A DNA stretch of 64,000 bases from positions 32,001 to 96,000 of the forward strand of contig CAWHXD010000007.1 of NCBI GenBank assembly GCA_963833225.1, read 5' to 3'. The notes under the pieces are model-generated. The model saw only the letters and a list, made by a program, of their open reading frames with translations, searched no databases and had not been told where the DNA came from. Made by a program: the position numbers and the translations under genes. This document shows, piece by piece, positions 50,415 to 61,313 of the stretch. This DNA comes from an uncultured Chloroflexia bacterium. Lineage in GTDB: Bacteria; Chloroflexota; Limnocylindria; Limnocylindrales; CSP1-4. The stretch's first letter is position 1. Every line of letters starts with the position of its first letter.

Positions 50415-50978
50415 TCAGTTGCCCCCAGCCGACGCCCTGTGGTCAATCCGCTCCGCATCCCTGCGCGATCCAGGACGGTCCTCCTCCGGTGCGGTTGGCG
50501 CTGCGGCTCGCAGCTCGTCAACCACACGCCGGAGGAAACGCCGGATCACCGTGCGCTCGGCATCGTCAAACGGCGCGAGAGCCGCGTCAACGGCCTCACC
50601 CTGCCAGCGGTAGGCACGCTCGACCTCGGCGATCGCCGCGGCCTGGAGGCGGATCTTGACCACGCGCCGGTCGTCGACCATCCGCTCGCGCTCCACGTAT
50701 CCGGCCTGCTCCAGCTCCTCGACCACGCGGCTTGCCCAGCCAGGCGAGATGCCCAGGCCCGATCCCAGCTGGCCAATCGTGACCTCACCCTGCTGGTACA
50801 GCTGGATCGCCGCCCGAATTGCCTGCGGCGACACGCGCACGCCGCTCGATCCCGGTTGCGCCGCGGCTCCGGATCGTCGCGTCGCGTGGCCGCTGTTGAG
50901 CAGCTCGACGATCAGCTTGCCGGTCTCGATGGCGTCGTCGCTGAGACGGCCGGGGGTGTCGGGCCTGGTGGTTGACAT
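50415..50978 (-). CDS. MarR family regulator
   Basis: SRVVEELEQAGYVER..DDRRVVKIRL. Confidence 0.85.
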   Translation of the reverse strand: MSTTRPDTPGRLSDDAIETGKLIVELLNSGHATRRSGAAAQPGSSGVRVSPQAIRAAIQLYQQGEVTIGQLGSGLGISPGWASRVVEELEQAGYVERERMVDDRRVVKIRLQAAAIAEVERAYRWQGEAVDAALAPFDDAERTVIRRFLRRVVDELRAAAPTAPEEDRPGSRRDAERIDHRASAGGN

Positions 50979-51038
50979 GTCCCCAGCATACGCGATAGCA
51001 TCGCGGCACAATAGGTGCGTAACGAAACAGGTGTGCAA

Positions 51039-52712
51039 GTGAACAGACTTTCCGCGGCGGCCACCGCGCCGTCACAACCGTCCGACATCGGCCGGCGCCG
51101 GTGGCTGGGCCTGGTGATGCTTGGCCTCGGGCTGTCGATGATCGTCGTCGACGCGACGATCGTGAACGTGGCCGTCCCGAGCATCGTTCGTGACCTCAAG
51201 CTCGACGGCTCCGCGGCGGAGTGGATCGTGTCGGTCTACCCGCTCGTGTTCGCGGCGCTGCTCATCACCTTCGGACGCTTTGGTGACCTGGTCGGGCGCC
51301 GGCGTCTCCTGCTCCTGGGCCTCGGGGTCTTCGCGCTCGGGTCTGTCCTCGCGGGCCTCGCTCCGAGCGGCTTGATGCTCATCGGTGCGCGCGTCCTTCA
51401 GGGGGTCGGCGGTGCCGCGATCGCGCCCGCCACCCAGTCCATCCTCAACACCACGTTCCGGGGTCGCGACCGGGCGATTGCGTTCGGCATCTACGGGTCC
51501 GTCATCGGCGGCATGGCCGCCCTCGGCCCACTCCTGGGCGGCTGGCTGACCACGAACCTGAGCTGGCGCTGGGCGTTCTACATCAACGTGCCGATCGCCC
51601 TGGTGGTGATCGCGGGCTCGCTGCTCTGGATCCGGGAGTCGCGCGACGAGGATGCACGTGCTGGCTTCGATCCGGCCGGTTTCGTCCTAATCACGCTGGG
51701 CCTCGGCGGGATCATCTTTGCCCTGATCGAGGGCTACCGGTACGGCTGGCTCGCACCGAGTCGGCCGTTCCAGGTCATGGGCCTGACCTGGCCGCTCAGC
51801 GGGATCTCGATCATCCCGCTGGCAGTGATCATCGGCCTCGTCAGCCTCGTCGCGTTCGCGGTCGTCGAGCTGCGTCGCAAGCAAGCCGGCGCGTTCTACC
51901 TGTTCGACTTCGACCTGTGGCGCGAGCCTTCGTTTCGATTCGGGAACCTGACCGCCACCATCGTCTCGCTCGGCGAATACGGACTGCTGTTCGCCCTTCC
52001 CCTCTTCCTCCAGGCGGTCATCGGCTATACGGCGTTCGAGACCGGCCTCGTCTTCCTGACCCTGGCGGCGGGCTCGTTCGTTGCCGCACCGCTGGCCGGG
52101 ATGCTGGCCGGCCGCTTCGAGCCTCGACGCACCGTCCAGATCGGCATGCTGCTCGAGACGCTCGGGATCCTTGCCGTGACCCTCCTGCTCTCGAGGACCG
52201 TGGCCGGAATCGCCCTCGCCGCGCCGTTCTTCCTCTATGGCATGGGCGTCGGGTTCAGCACCGCCCAGCTGGCCAACGTCATCCTCGCGGACATCCCACC
52301 GGAGCGCTCGGGGCTGGCATCGGCCACCAACTCAACGATGCGCCAGATTGGGACGGCCCTTGGCAGCGCGGTCCTGGGGACCGTGCTCCTGGTGGGCCTG
52401 AACACCGGCACGCATGACCGGCTGGCGGAGGTCGTGGGGCTACCGGCCGGGCAGCAGCAGGCGATGGCCACCGCGATCGAAGACAGTGCCGGCCAGGCGC
52501 TGATCGGCCTGCGGTCGGAGCCGGCCGCGGCGGCCGCCGTCGGGCCCATCGAGGATGCCTTCGTCGCGGCCGCACGCACGGTCGGGTTCGCGGCCGCTGC
52601 GTTCATGGGCGCGGGGCTCGTGTTCTCGCTCCTGCTGCCGCCGTTGCGTGCGGTCGAGCCGCGCGGGGCTGCCGAGCCCGACGAGGCTGCGACCCGCGCC
52701 GCTGCGGCCTGA
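51039..52712 (+). CDS. DHA2 MFS efflux transporter
   Basis: DATIVNVAVP; GRFGDLVGRRR; GPLLGG; WRWAFYINVP. Confidence 0.92.
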   Translation: MNRLSAAATAPSQPSDIGRRRWLGLVMLGLGLSMIVVDATIVNVAVPSIVRDLKLDGSAAEWIVSVYPLVFAALLITFGRFGDLVGRRRLLLLGLGVFALGSVLAGLAPSGLMLIGARVLQGVGGAAIAPATQSILNTTFRGRDRAIAFGIYGSVIGGMAALGPLLGGWLTTNLSWRWAFYINVPIALVVIAGSLLWIRESRDEDARAGFDPAGFVLITLGLGGIIFALIEGYRYGWLAPSRPFQVMGLTWPLSGISIIPLAVIIGLVSLVAFAVVELRRKQAGAFYLFDFDLWREPSFRFGNLTATIVSLGEYGLLFALPLFLQAVIGYTAFETGLVFLTLAAGSFVAAPLAGMLAGRFEPRRTVQIGMLLETLGILAVTLLLSRTVAGIALAAPFFLYGMGVGFSTAQLANVILADIPPERSGLASATNSTMRQIGTALGSAVLGTVLLVGLNTGTHDRLAEVVGLPAGQQQAMATAIEDSAGQALIGLRSEPAAAAAVGPIEDAFVAAARTVGFAAAAFMGAGLVFSLLLPPLRAVEPRGAAEPDEAATRAAAA

Positions 52713-53051
52713 TGACGCCTGCCAGCGGATGACCCGACGCGGCCGTGGAGTTGCCCGGGGTCGCCCCCAGCGCCCCAGATGACGCCCCGTCATGACGCCG
52801 TCGGTTCGCGACCACAGACTCGTGTCACGTCTCGGAGTCCGCTTGGACGAGAGGGCTCGAGCCTTACCCGAGCTCCGGAGCCGGCGACGCGTGCACCGCA
52901 GCCAGCGGGCTGTCGGAGGCGAGCCATCGTCCCGCCGCTCCACCGGATCGTCCGCTAGTGTGTCGATCCTCTGGACACCCCGAGGCGATGCGGCCGAAGT
53001 GACGCTCTCGTGGCGAAGCTGGCGCGCGGCCCACCCGGATGGAGCTCTCTG

Positions 53052-53465
53052 ATGGCCCTGACCCATATCAATCCCGCTACCCTCCACCACAACCCGGCGT
53101 TCTCGCAGGGCGTCGTCATCGAACCTGGCAGCCGCCTGCTCATCGTGGGCGGCCAGAATGGCGTTGACGCCACGGGCGCCGTCGTCGGCCCCGGGCTTGG
53201 CGAGCAGACCGCCCAGGCGCTGCGAAACGTCCTCGCCGTTCTCCATGAGGTCGGGGCGACGCAGGACGACGTGGCCCGGCTCACGATCCACCTGGTCGCG
53301 GGATCCGATGTCCAGGCGGCCTACGAGGCGTCACGGGAGGTGTGGGGCCTTCGCGCCACGGCGATCACCGTGCTCATGGTGGCGAGCCTGGGCCGGCCGG
53401 AGTGCCTCGTGGAGATCGATGCCCTGGCTGCTGTGCCCGGGGCGGCCGGCCTGATCAACGACTGA
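53052..53465 (+). CDS. RidA/YjgF family protein
   Basis: FSQGV; GGQ; LVEIDA. Confidence 0.85.
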   Translation: MALTHINPATLHHNPAFSQGVVIEPGSRLLIVGGQNGVDATGAVVGPGLGEQTAQALRNVLAVLHEVGATQDDVARLTIHLVAGSDVQAAYEASREVWGLRATAITVLMVASLGRPECLVEIDALAAVPGAAGLIND

Positions 53466-53629
53466 TGTCGGATCGGACCGGGTTCGCCTCGACCTGACGT
53501 TCGCGCCAGGCGCCCGGCCGTTCGGACTGTATCCTCAGCCCCCACACTCACGAGGACGGTCATCGCGTCGGCCGAATCTCCTTGTGAATTAAGGCCGCGA
53601 AGCACGGGAAGGGACAGCGCTGGACGACG

Positions 53630-56383
53630 CCGGCCTCCTGCTCGAGACCAAGCTCTACGCCCCAAGGGTGCGACGCAGCCTGGTCGCGCGCCCGCGGCTG
53701 ATCGAGCGGGTGAGCCGTGGGGCCGAGTCCAAGCTGATGCTCGTCTCGGCGCCGGCCGGCTTCGGCAAGACGACGCTGGTGGCCGAATGGCTGGCCGCGG
53801 CTCCGGCCGGCGGACCGTCCGCGGCGTGGCTGTCTCTCGACCAGGCGGACAACCAGCCTTCGTCGTTCTGGCCCTACGTCATCGCCGCGCTGCGAACCGT
53901 GGCGCCGGGGATCGGCACGACCGCGCTCTCCCTCCTGCAGGGTCCCCAGCCGCCCCCGATCGAGACGATCCTCGCGACGCTGCTCAACGATCTCGGTGCG
54001 GTGCCGAACGACATCGTGCTGGTGCTCGACGACTACCACGAGGTCGATGCGCCCGAGATCCAGGGCGGGATGGCGTACCTGCTGGAGCACCTTCCTGCGC
54101 AGATCCATCTCGTCATGACCGACCCGCGCCGACCCGGCGCTGCCGCTGGCCGCTGCGGGGCGCACGGCGAACTCACCGAGTCCGGGCGGCCGACCTGCGC
54201 TTCACCCCGGACGAGGCCGCGGCGTACCTCAACGAGACGATGGGGCTCGACCTGACGGCCCGGGATGTCGCGGCGCTGGAGGCCCGCACCGAGGGCTGGA
54301 TCGCCGCACTGCAGCTGGCCGCGCTCTCGATCCAGGGGCGCGACGACGTCGCCGGCTTCATCGCCGGCTTCGCCGGGGACGACCGCTACATCGTCGACTA
54401 CCTCGCCGAGGAGGTCCTCCAGCGTCAGCCCGAGTCGGTCCGGAGCTTCCTGCTGCAGACATCCATCCTGCGACCGGCTGAGCGGACCACTGTGCGACGC
54501 GGTCACCGGCCGGGACGGCGGCCAGGCCATGCTCGAGGCCCTCGATCGCGCGAACCTGTTCCTGGTCCCGCTCGACGATCGTCGCCGGTGGTACCGCTAC
54601 CACCATCTCTTCGCCGACGTGCTGCGCGCGCACCTGCTCGACGAGCAGCCCGGACCGCGTCCCCGAGCTCCACCGACGGGCGAGCGACTGGTACGAGCAG
54701 CAACGGCGAGCGGCCCGAGGCCATCCGCCATGCCCTCGCCGCCGCGGACTTCGCCCGAGCGGCGGACCTGATCGAGCTAGCCATCCCGGCCATGCGCCAG
54801 CAGCCGGCAGGAGTTGGTCATGCTCGCGTGGCTCGCAGGCGCTGCCGGACGAGTCATCGCCGTCAGGCCCGTGCTGAGCGTCCACTACGGCGGGGCGTTG
54901 CTGCTTCTGCGGCCAGCTCGAAGGCGTCGAAGCGCGCCTGCAGGATGCGGAACGATGGCTCGACACGACGTCGGATCGGCATGACGGCCCAGACGGAGAC
55001 GTCCGGGCGCGATGTCGTCGTCGACCAACAGGAATTCCGCGCGTCTCCCGGCGCGATCGCCGGCTACCGTGCCGCGCTGGCCCTGGTCGCGGCGATGTGT
55101 CCGGCGCGATCCGACATGCAGGCGGGCCTCGCCCTCGCGGGCCACTGACGACCACCTCGGCGTGGGTCGGCCGCCGGGCTCCTCGGCCCTCGCCTCCTGG
55201 ACGACGGGGATCTCGAGGCCGCGCACGGTTCCTAGGCCGTGTGCATGACGAGCCTCGAGAAGGCCGGGCACATCGCCGACTTCCTCGGCTGCGCCATCGC
55301 GATGGCCGACATCCGGATCACGCAAGGGCGACTCCACGATGCCATGGACACCTACAAGCGGCGTCCTGCGGCTCCTGACCGGACGCAGGTGCAGCCCGTG
55401 ATGCGCGGCGCGGCCGACATGCACGTCGGGCATCGAGCGAGCTCCTGCTACGAGCGGAACGATCTCGATGCCGCGCGGCAGCAACTGCAGACGGCGCCGA
55501 GCTGGGCGAACATCTCGGCCTCCCACAGAACCCCTACCGGTCGCGCGTCGCCGCAGCCCGAATCCGGGAGGCCGAGGGAGACTTTGGCGCAGCCCTCGGC
55601 CTGCTCGATGAGGCTGACCGCCTGTACGCGAGCGACTTCTTCCCGAATGTCCGTCCGATCGGCGCGCGGAAGGCCCGGCTGCTGATCGCGGCGGGGACGT
55701 CTCAGGCGAGGCGGCAACGTGGGCCCGCGAGTGCGGCCTGACTGCCCGAGGACGAGCTCAAGCTACCTGCGCGAGTTCGAGCACATCACGCTCGCAAGGG
55801 TGCTCCTGGCCCGAGTCGGCACGGGGTCGCGCCGACGGTGCCGTGCTCGAGGCGGCGGATCTCCTTGCGCGCCTCCTGGAGGCGTCAGAAGCCGGCGGGC
55901 GATCGGGAAGCGTCATCGAGATCCTGCTGCTGCAGGCACTCGCGCATCAGCGGCTCGGTGAAGCCCGCGCTGCTCAGGATCGACTGGAACGCGCGCTGGC
56001 GATGGCCGAGCCAGAAGGCTACGTCCGGGCGTTCGTCGATGCGGGCCCGTCCGTGGCGCCCCTGCTGGAGGCGGCCGCGAAGCGCCGGGTGGCACCGAGC
56101 TACGTTCGCGAAGCTCCTGGCAGCCTTCGGCCGGGGTGCGAACCGAGCGCCGATCAGTCAGGGCCTGATCGAGCCCCTCAGCGAGCGCGAGCTCGATGTG
56201 CTCCGGCTGCTCGCGATCGGATCTGAATGGGCCAGACATCGCTCGCGAGCTCGTGGTGTCCCTGAACACGGTGCGGACACACACGAAGAACATCTACGCA
56301 AAGCTCGGTGCCAACAACCGTCGGGCGGCCGTCACGCCGGGCCGTGGAGCTCGACCTGCTGTCGCGAGCCCGACGACCGCTGA
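53630..56383 (+). pseudogene. MalT-like LuxR regulator with many frameshifts
   Basis: LETKLY; SAPAGFGKTT; LDDYH; TEGWIAALQL; YRYHHLF; LSERELDVL; SLNTVRTHTKNIYAKL, spread over at least 6 frames. Confidence 0.85.
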
Positions 56384-56418
56384 GCCGGCCGGGAGGCCGC
56401 TCGCGTCCGCGTCGACGA

Positions 56419-56464
56419 GAATCACCACATGAATCACCACACGTGGTGATGCCCGCTCACCACA
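56419..56464. promoter_or_regulatory. TCACCACA repeat/palindrome operator
   Basis: GAATCACCACA twice, palindrome ATCACCAC-AC-GTGGTGAT, third TCACCACA. Confidence 0.65.
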
Positions 56465-56524
56465 TCCGCTTCTAGCTTCGTGATCACGCCGGCGACGGAT
56501 CGCAAGCCCGGTGGAAAGGAGCAG

Positions 56525-56773
56525 ATGAGCGGAAGAACGAGAGGCAACGTCGATCGCCACGAGCCCGGACGCTACGAGATCCGCCTGAGGGGACATCTCG
56601 AGGCCCGATGGGCCGCCTGGTTTGACGGGCTGAGCCTCACCCGCGAGCACGACGGCACGACCGTCATCCACGGCCAGATTGCCGACCAGGCCGCACTGCA
56701 TGGCCTGCTCCAGAAGGTCCGGGACACGGGCCTGCCGCTGGTATCGGTCATCTGCGTCGAGCCCGAGTCCTGA
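56525..56773 (+). CDS. Conserved small hypothetical protein
   Basis: YEIRLRGHL..RWAAWFDGL...DQAALHGLLQKVRD. Confidence 0.8.
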   Translation: MSGRTRGNVDRHEPGRYEIRLRGHLEARWAAWFDGLSLTREHDGTTVIHGQIADQAALHGLLQKVRDTGLPLVSVICVEPES

Positions 56774-56842
56774 CCCGAGCTACGAGCCGGTCACCTGAGA
56801 CAGCTGGGTTTCCAGCGTCCCTCATCAATGAAGGAGCCTGAA

Positions 56843-57565
56843 ATGACATCGCGAAACATCGCCCGCGCCACCGGAATGCTGTTCATCCTCACGTTCATTA
56901 CGTCGATCGCCGGCGTGTTCGCCTACGGAACTGCCCTCAGTGACCCCAACTACGTCACCGGCGCCGGCGCCGATGCCCGCGTGTTTCTCGGGGCGTTCCT
57001 CGAACTGCTGCTCATCATCACCAACATCGGCTGCGCCGTCGTGCTGTTCCCGCTGCTCAAGCGCCAGAACGAGGGCCTCGCGCTCGCCTATGTCGCCGCG
57101 CGCATCGTCGAGTGCACCTTCATCCTGGTCGGCCTCCTGAGCGTGCTGGCGATCGCCACCTTGCGCCAGACCGCCGCGGCCGCGGATGCCGGCTCGCTCC
57201 TCACGGTGGGCAAGGCACTCCACGCCATTCATGACTGGACATTCCTGCTCGGCCCCGGCTTTGCGGACGGCGTCGGGACCGGCATGATCCTGGGCTGGCT
57301 GATGTACAAGTCCGGCCTGGTGGGGCGGCGCATGGCGCTCGTCGGCGTCGTCGGCGGCGCGATGCTCGCAACCTCCGGCATCGCCGTGCTGCTTGGCTTC
57401 ATCCCGCAGGGCGGCGCGGTGCAGGGCGTCGCGACCATCCCGGAGGTCATCTGGGAGGCGGTCCTGGGCCTGTGGCTCACGTTCAAGGGGTTCAAGGCGG
57501 CAGCCCCGATCCTCACGTCCTATCACCGCGATCAGGCGATCGCGCCGGCCTACGCGGCAGCCTGA
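56843..57565 (+). CDS. DUF4386 membrane protein
   Basis: ARATGMLFI; LFPLLKR; YKSGLV; WLTFKGF. Confidence 0.8.
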   Translation: MTSRNIARATGMLFILTFITSIAGVFAYGTALSDPNYVTGAGADARVFLGAFLELLLIITNIGCAVVLFPLLKRQNEGLALAYVAARIVECTFILVGLLSVLAIATLRQTAAAADAGSLLTVGKALHAIHDWTFLLGPGFADGVGTGMILGWLMYKSGLVGRRMALVGVVGGAMLATSGIAVLLGFIPQGGAVQGVATIPEVIWEAVLGLWLTFKGFKAAAPILTSYHRDQAIAPAYAAA

Positions 57566-57568
57566 CAG

Positions 57569-57601
57569 GACGGGCCCCGGAGCTGGTCTCCGGGGCCCGT
57601 C
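57569..57601 (+). terminator. GC-rich stem-loop
   Basis: 14-bp stem GACGGGCCCCGGAG/CTCCGGGGCCCGTC just after the stop; weak U-tract. Confidence 0.6.
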
Positions 57602-57671
57602 GTTGCCCAGCGGCGGATCGCAACTGCTGTTCCCCTGTCGCGCGCCGACGAGCGAGAAAGGAAGCGCCCCC

Positions 57672-58145
57672 ATGTCCGATGAGAAGACCGACACGATCCC
57701 GAGCGCCGCGACCGCGACTCAGAGCGGTGAACAGTCACGTCGCCTTCGACGGCACCATCTCTGGCTCATCCCCGGCATCGGGCTGGCCCTGTTCGCCAAT
57801 GCGCACGGCTCAGAGCTCGGCGTCGGGCTGGTCCCGCTCCTGGTGTTCGGCATCGCTCCCGACCTGCCCCGGTTGGGCGGCATCCGCCGGCCCGCGCTGC
57901 TGGGGCTCCACAACGCGATGCACCGGCCCGTGCTCGCGATGGCGGTGCTGCTCGGGGCGGCCGTGACCGGGATGTCGCCGTTCCTCTACGTCGGTGCGCT
58001 GGCATGGCTCGGCCATATCGTGGTCGGGTGGGGCACTGGCGATCGGATCAAGTCCGCAGTGGAACCCGGGACCGCCGGATCGCGAGGCGCCCGATCCGGC
58101 CGTCTCGAGCTCGCGCCCGGGGCAGCGGGGAGGACGTCGCGATGA
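57672..58145 (+). CDS. Membrane hypothetical protein
   Basis: APDL, LHNAMH, WLGHI. Confidence 0.6.
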   Translation: MSDEKTDTIPSAATATQSGEQSRRLRRHHLWLIPGIGLALFANAHGSELGVGLVPLLVFGIAPDLPRLGGIRRPALLGLHNAMHRPVLAMAVLLGAAVTGMSPFLYVGALAWLGHIVVGWGTGDRIKSAVEPGTAGSRGARSGRLELAPGAAGRTSR

Positions 58146-58645
58146 ATGATGCCGTCGTCTTCGTAGCCGCTGGCATCCTCATGGGCGTCACGGGCAGCGC
58201 CCTCATGGACACCTGGGGCCTCGTCCTTCGCCGGCGATTCCAGGTGCCGACGCTCGACTACGCCCTGCTCGGGCGGTGGATCGGCCACTTCTCAAGGGGT
58301 CGCTTGTTCCACGACCGGATCGCTGCCTCCGAGCCGATCCCGTGGGAGCGGCCGCTCGGGTGGGCGGCCCACTACTCGATCGGCATCGCCTTCGCCTTCC
58401 TGCTGCTCGGGATCTGGGGCCTTGACTGGGTCCGGTCTCCGACGATCTGGCCGCCGCTGGTCATCGGCATGGGGACGATCGTCGCGCCGTGGTTCGCCAT
58501 GCAGCCGGCGATGGGTGCCGGGTTCGCGGGATCACGGACACCCAGCCCGTCCGCGACCCGGCTCCGGAACCTTGGGACCCACGCCGTCTACGCACTCGGC
58601 TTGTACGTCAGCGCCCTGGTGCTGTCGTGGGTCCTCGCACGCTAG
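58142..58645 (+). CDS. DUF2938 family protein
   Basis: MDTW; LGRWIGH; GWAAHYSIG; QPAMGAG. Confidence 0.85.
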   Translation: MNDAVVFVAAGILMGVTGSALMDTWGLVLRRRFQVPTLDYALLGRWIGHFSRGRLFHDRIAASEPIPWERPLGWAAHYSIGIAFAFLLLGIWGLDWVRSPTIWPPLVIGMGTIVAPWFAMQPAMGAGFAGSRTPSPSATRLRNLGTHAVYALGLYVSALVLSWVLAR

Positions 58646-58768
58646 GCCGGCCGGGGGACGGCAGGCGTCGGCGAGGCGGTGCGCGGCGCTGACGAGAGGA
58701 AGGGCCGCCCGCCGAAGCGGACGGCCCCTGGAGCCGAAGACCGGGAGCGGCCCCGGCGTCCGTGCGGT

Positions 58769-59290
58769 TTACCAGATGGCGGCGCTGGCGAGGGGAATGG
58801 GGTGGTCGATGACGATGCTGCCGATTGGTGTGCCGTCCATCCGCATTCCCATCACCGTGTAGGTCCCGTTGCCGTTGTCCATGACCTTGGCCATGTCGCC
58901 TTCCATCCAGCCGGCCGGGCTGCCGAGCCAGGTCGAGATGCCTTCGGACAGCAGGCCGACCGTGCCCACGAAGTTCGGGTAGCTCGGGACGTCCTTGTAC
59001 AGGGCCCAGCCGGCAGGGATCTGGGCCAGGCTCGGGACGCTGACCGGGACGGTGATGTAGACCTTGCTGCCGCCGTTCGCCCCGCCCTTGGTGGGGACCA
59101 GGGCGTAGTAGGCGCCGTGGGCACCCATCACCCACATGCCGTGGTCGTTGTGCGTGGAGACCGAGGGGCAGATGAAGAACGTTTCCTTGACAGGGGCCGC
59201 GCTCCTGGCCGGCGCCGCCGCCGATGCCGCACCGGCGAAGACGGACAGCAGCAGGGATGCGGCCGCGAGGGATGAGAGAGCTCGCTTCAT
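58769..59290 (-). CDS. Secreted hypothetical protein
   Basis: Signal peptide MKRALSSLAAASLLL; RBS GGAG. Confidence 0.7.
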   Translation of the reverse strand: MKRALSSLAAASLLLSVFAGAASAAAPARSAAPVKETFFICPSVSTHNDHGMWVMGAHGAYYALVPTKGGANGGSKVYITVPVSVPSLAQIPAGWALYKDVPSYPNFVGTVGLLSEGISTWLGSPAGWMEGDMAKVMDNGNGTYTVMGMRMDGTPIGSIVIDHPIPLASAAIW

Positions 59291-59564
59291 GTAGATCTCC
59301 GTGTGCACGCATGTTGAGATCGGACGGGAGTGCGTCGCCCGGGCCGGGAACCCCGGTGCGACGCACGATGCGGCCAGCAGGGGGCCCGGTCTGTGGCGCG
59401 TGACACAGTCGCGCATCCGACGGATGCACCGGCGAACGGGGCGACGCTGAACCGCAACTTCGTCGTACCCCCACGGGTCGAGAGCGGCAGAGCGCGCTCC
59501 GTAACCATGTCCTCCTGCGGGTCCCCGGGCCCGGTGGTGAACCGCTGCGACCGAGGAGACACGG

Positions 59565-60920
59565 ATGCTTGCCACCCAACGCGACCCGGTTCGCACCGTC
59601 GCTCCAGCCGCGGCGCTGCTGGTCGCGCTCGGGCTTGCGATCGCCTTCGGGCTGGCGGACACGGCGGTGACGGTGCTGCCGCAACAGCCCCCCGTCGACG
59701 CGGGCGCCACGGCCTGGATGCTCACCTCGACTGCGCTGGTCCTGCTGATGGTGCCGGGCCTGGCGATGTTCTACGGCGGGCTGGTCCGGACCAAGAACGT
59801 CCTGGGCACGATGATGCACAGCTTCGCCGCCATGGCGATCATCGGCGTGCTCTGGGCGGCCGTCGGTTACGCGCTGGCCTTCGGACCGAACGTCTTGGGC
59901 GGCTTCGTCGGCTGGGACCCGGGTCTCCTGTTCCTCCACAGCATCGACAGCACCGTGAGCAGCAACGGTGTCCCGGACCTGGTGTTCGCCATGTTCCAGG
60001 GCAAGTTCGCGATCATCACCCCGGCGCTGATCGCCGGCGCGTTCGCCGAGCGGGTGCGGTTCCGAGGCTACGTCATCTTCATCGCGCTCTGGAGCCTGCT
60101 CGTCTACAGCCCGCTGTGCCACTGGGTGTGGTCGTCCGCCCCGGGTTCCGAGGGCTTCCTGTTCCAGCTGGGGGCGATCGACTTTGCCGGCGGGACGGTG
60201 GTGCACATCTCCGCGGGCATCAGCGGCCTGATCGCCGCGCTCTACCTGGGCTCTCGACGCGGCTATCCGCGCACGGCCATGCACCCGAACAACCTGGTCA
60301 TGGTGATGATGGGCGTGGGCCTGCTCTGGGTCGGCTGGTTCGGGTTCAACGCCGGCAGCTCCCTGTCCAGCGGTGTGAAGACGGCGCAGGCGCTCACGGT
60401 GACCCAGATCGCGGCTGCTGCCGGTGCGCTCGCGTGGATCAGCATCGAGGCCGTGCAGCATCGCAAGGCGACCGGCCTCGGCATCGCGTCGGGGATCCTC
60501 GCGGGACTCGTGGTGATCACGCCGGCGGCGGGGGTGGTCACGCCCGCGGGCGCCCTCGCGCTCGGCTTCATCGCCTCCCTCCTGTGCTACGGCGCGATCC
60601 TGGTCAAGAACCGCCTCGGCTACGACGACACGCTCGACGTGTTCGGCGTTCACGGCGTGGCGGGCATGGCCGGAGCGCTCCTCCTGACGTTCTTCGTGCG
60701 GGCGGGCGAGATGCCCGAGAGCCGCGCGGTCCTCGAGCAGCTCGGTGTCCAGGGGCTCGGCGTGGCCACGACGATCGTCTATGCGTCGGTCGTCACGATC
60801 GGGCTGCTGGTGATGGTGCAGCGGCTCTTCGGGCTCCGCCTGGGACCCACCGGCGAGATGGCGGGAATGGACCACGAGCTGCACGGCGAGCACGGCTACG
60901 GCCTGCTGAACCTCAACTGA
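59565..60920 (+). CDS. amtB: Ammonium transporter
   Basis: DFAGGTVVH, WFGFNAGS, DDTLDVFGVHG. Confidence 0.97.
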   Translation: MLATQRDPVRTVAPAAALLVALGLAIAFGLADTAVTVLPQQPPVDAGATAWMLTSTALVLLMVPGLAMFYGGLVRTKNVLGTMMHSFAAMAIIGVLWAAVGYALAFGPNVLGGFVGWDPGLLFLHSIDSTVSSNGVPDLVFAMFQGKFAIITPALIAGAFAERVRFRGYVIFIALWSLLVYSPLCHWVWSSAPGSEGFLFQLGAIDFAGGTVVHISAGISGLIAALYLGSRRGYPRTAMHPNNLVMVMMGVGLLWVGWFGFNAGSSLSSGVKTAQALTVTQIAAAAGALAWISIEAVQHRKATGLGIASGILAGLVVITPAAGVVTPAGALALGFIASLLCYGAILVKNRLGYDDTLDVFGVHGVAGMAGALLLTFFVRAGEMPESRAVLEQLGVQGLGVATTIVYASVVTIGLLVMVQRLFGLRLGPTGEMAGMDHELHGEHGYGLLNLN

Positions 60921-60942
60921 CCGGCGAGCGGGAGGCACCCAG

Positions 60943-61284
60943 ATGAAGCTGATCATCGCCATCATCCAGCCCGACAAGCTGGACGAGGTCCACCAGGCCC
61001 TGATCGCCGCCGAGATCTTCCGGGTGACGGTCAGCCGGGTCACCGGCCACGGCCAGCAGGAGGACCCCGAGCTGTACCGGGGCGAGGAGGTCGCGCCCAG
61101 CCTGATCCCGAAGGTCCGGCTGGAGATCGCCGTCAACGACGCGTTCGTGGAGGCGACGATCGATGCCATCCTGGGGGCCGCGAAGCACGGCCAGGGGTCG
61201 ATCGGTGACGGCAAGATCTTCATCCTGCCCCTCGAGGAGACCATCCGGATCCGCACCGGCGAGCGGGGCGGGTCGGCCATCTAG
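60943..61284 (+). CDS. glnK: P-II nitrogen regulator
   Basis: MKLIIAIIQP; YRG T-loop; IGDGKIF; RIRTGE; adjacent to amtB. Confidence 0.9.
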   Translation: MKLIIAIIQPDKLDEVHQALIAAEIFRVTVSRVTGHGQQEDPELYRGEEVAPSLIPKVRLEIAVNDAFVEATIDAILGAAKHGQGSIGDGKIFILPLEETIRIRTGERGGSAI

Positions 61285-61313
61285 GCGACGGCCAGGGCTC
61301 GAGGGGCCGGCGG

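Noticed and set aside
58608-61280. 890-aa minus-strand ORF and similar long ORFs (61-1398, 7965-9395, 8482-9729, 23390-24646)
   Set aside because: Antisense or off-frame shadows of real genes, expected at this GC content; no motifs
59565-61284. amtB-before-P-II gene order as unusual
   Set aside because: This order is common in Gram-positive and other lineages
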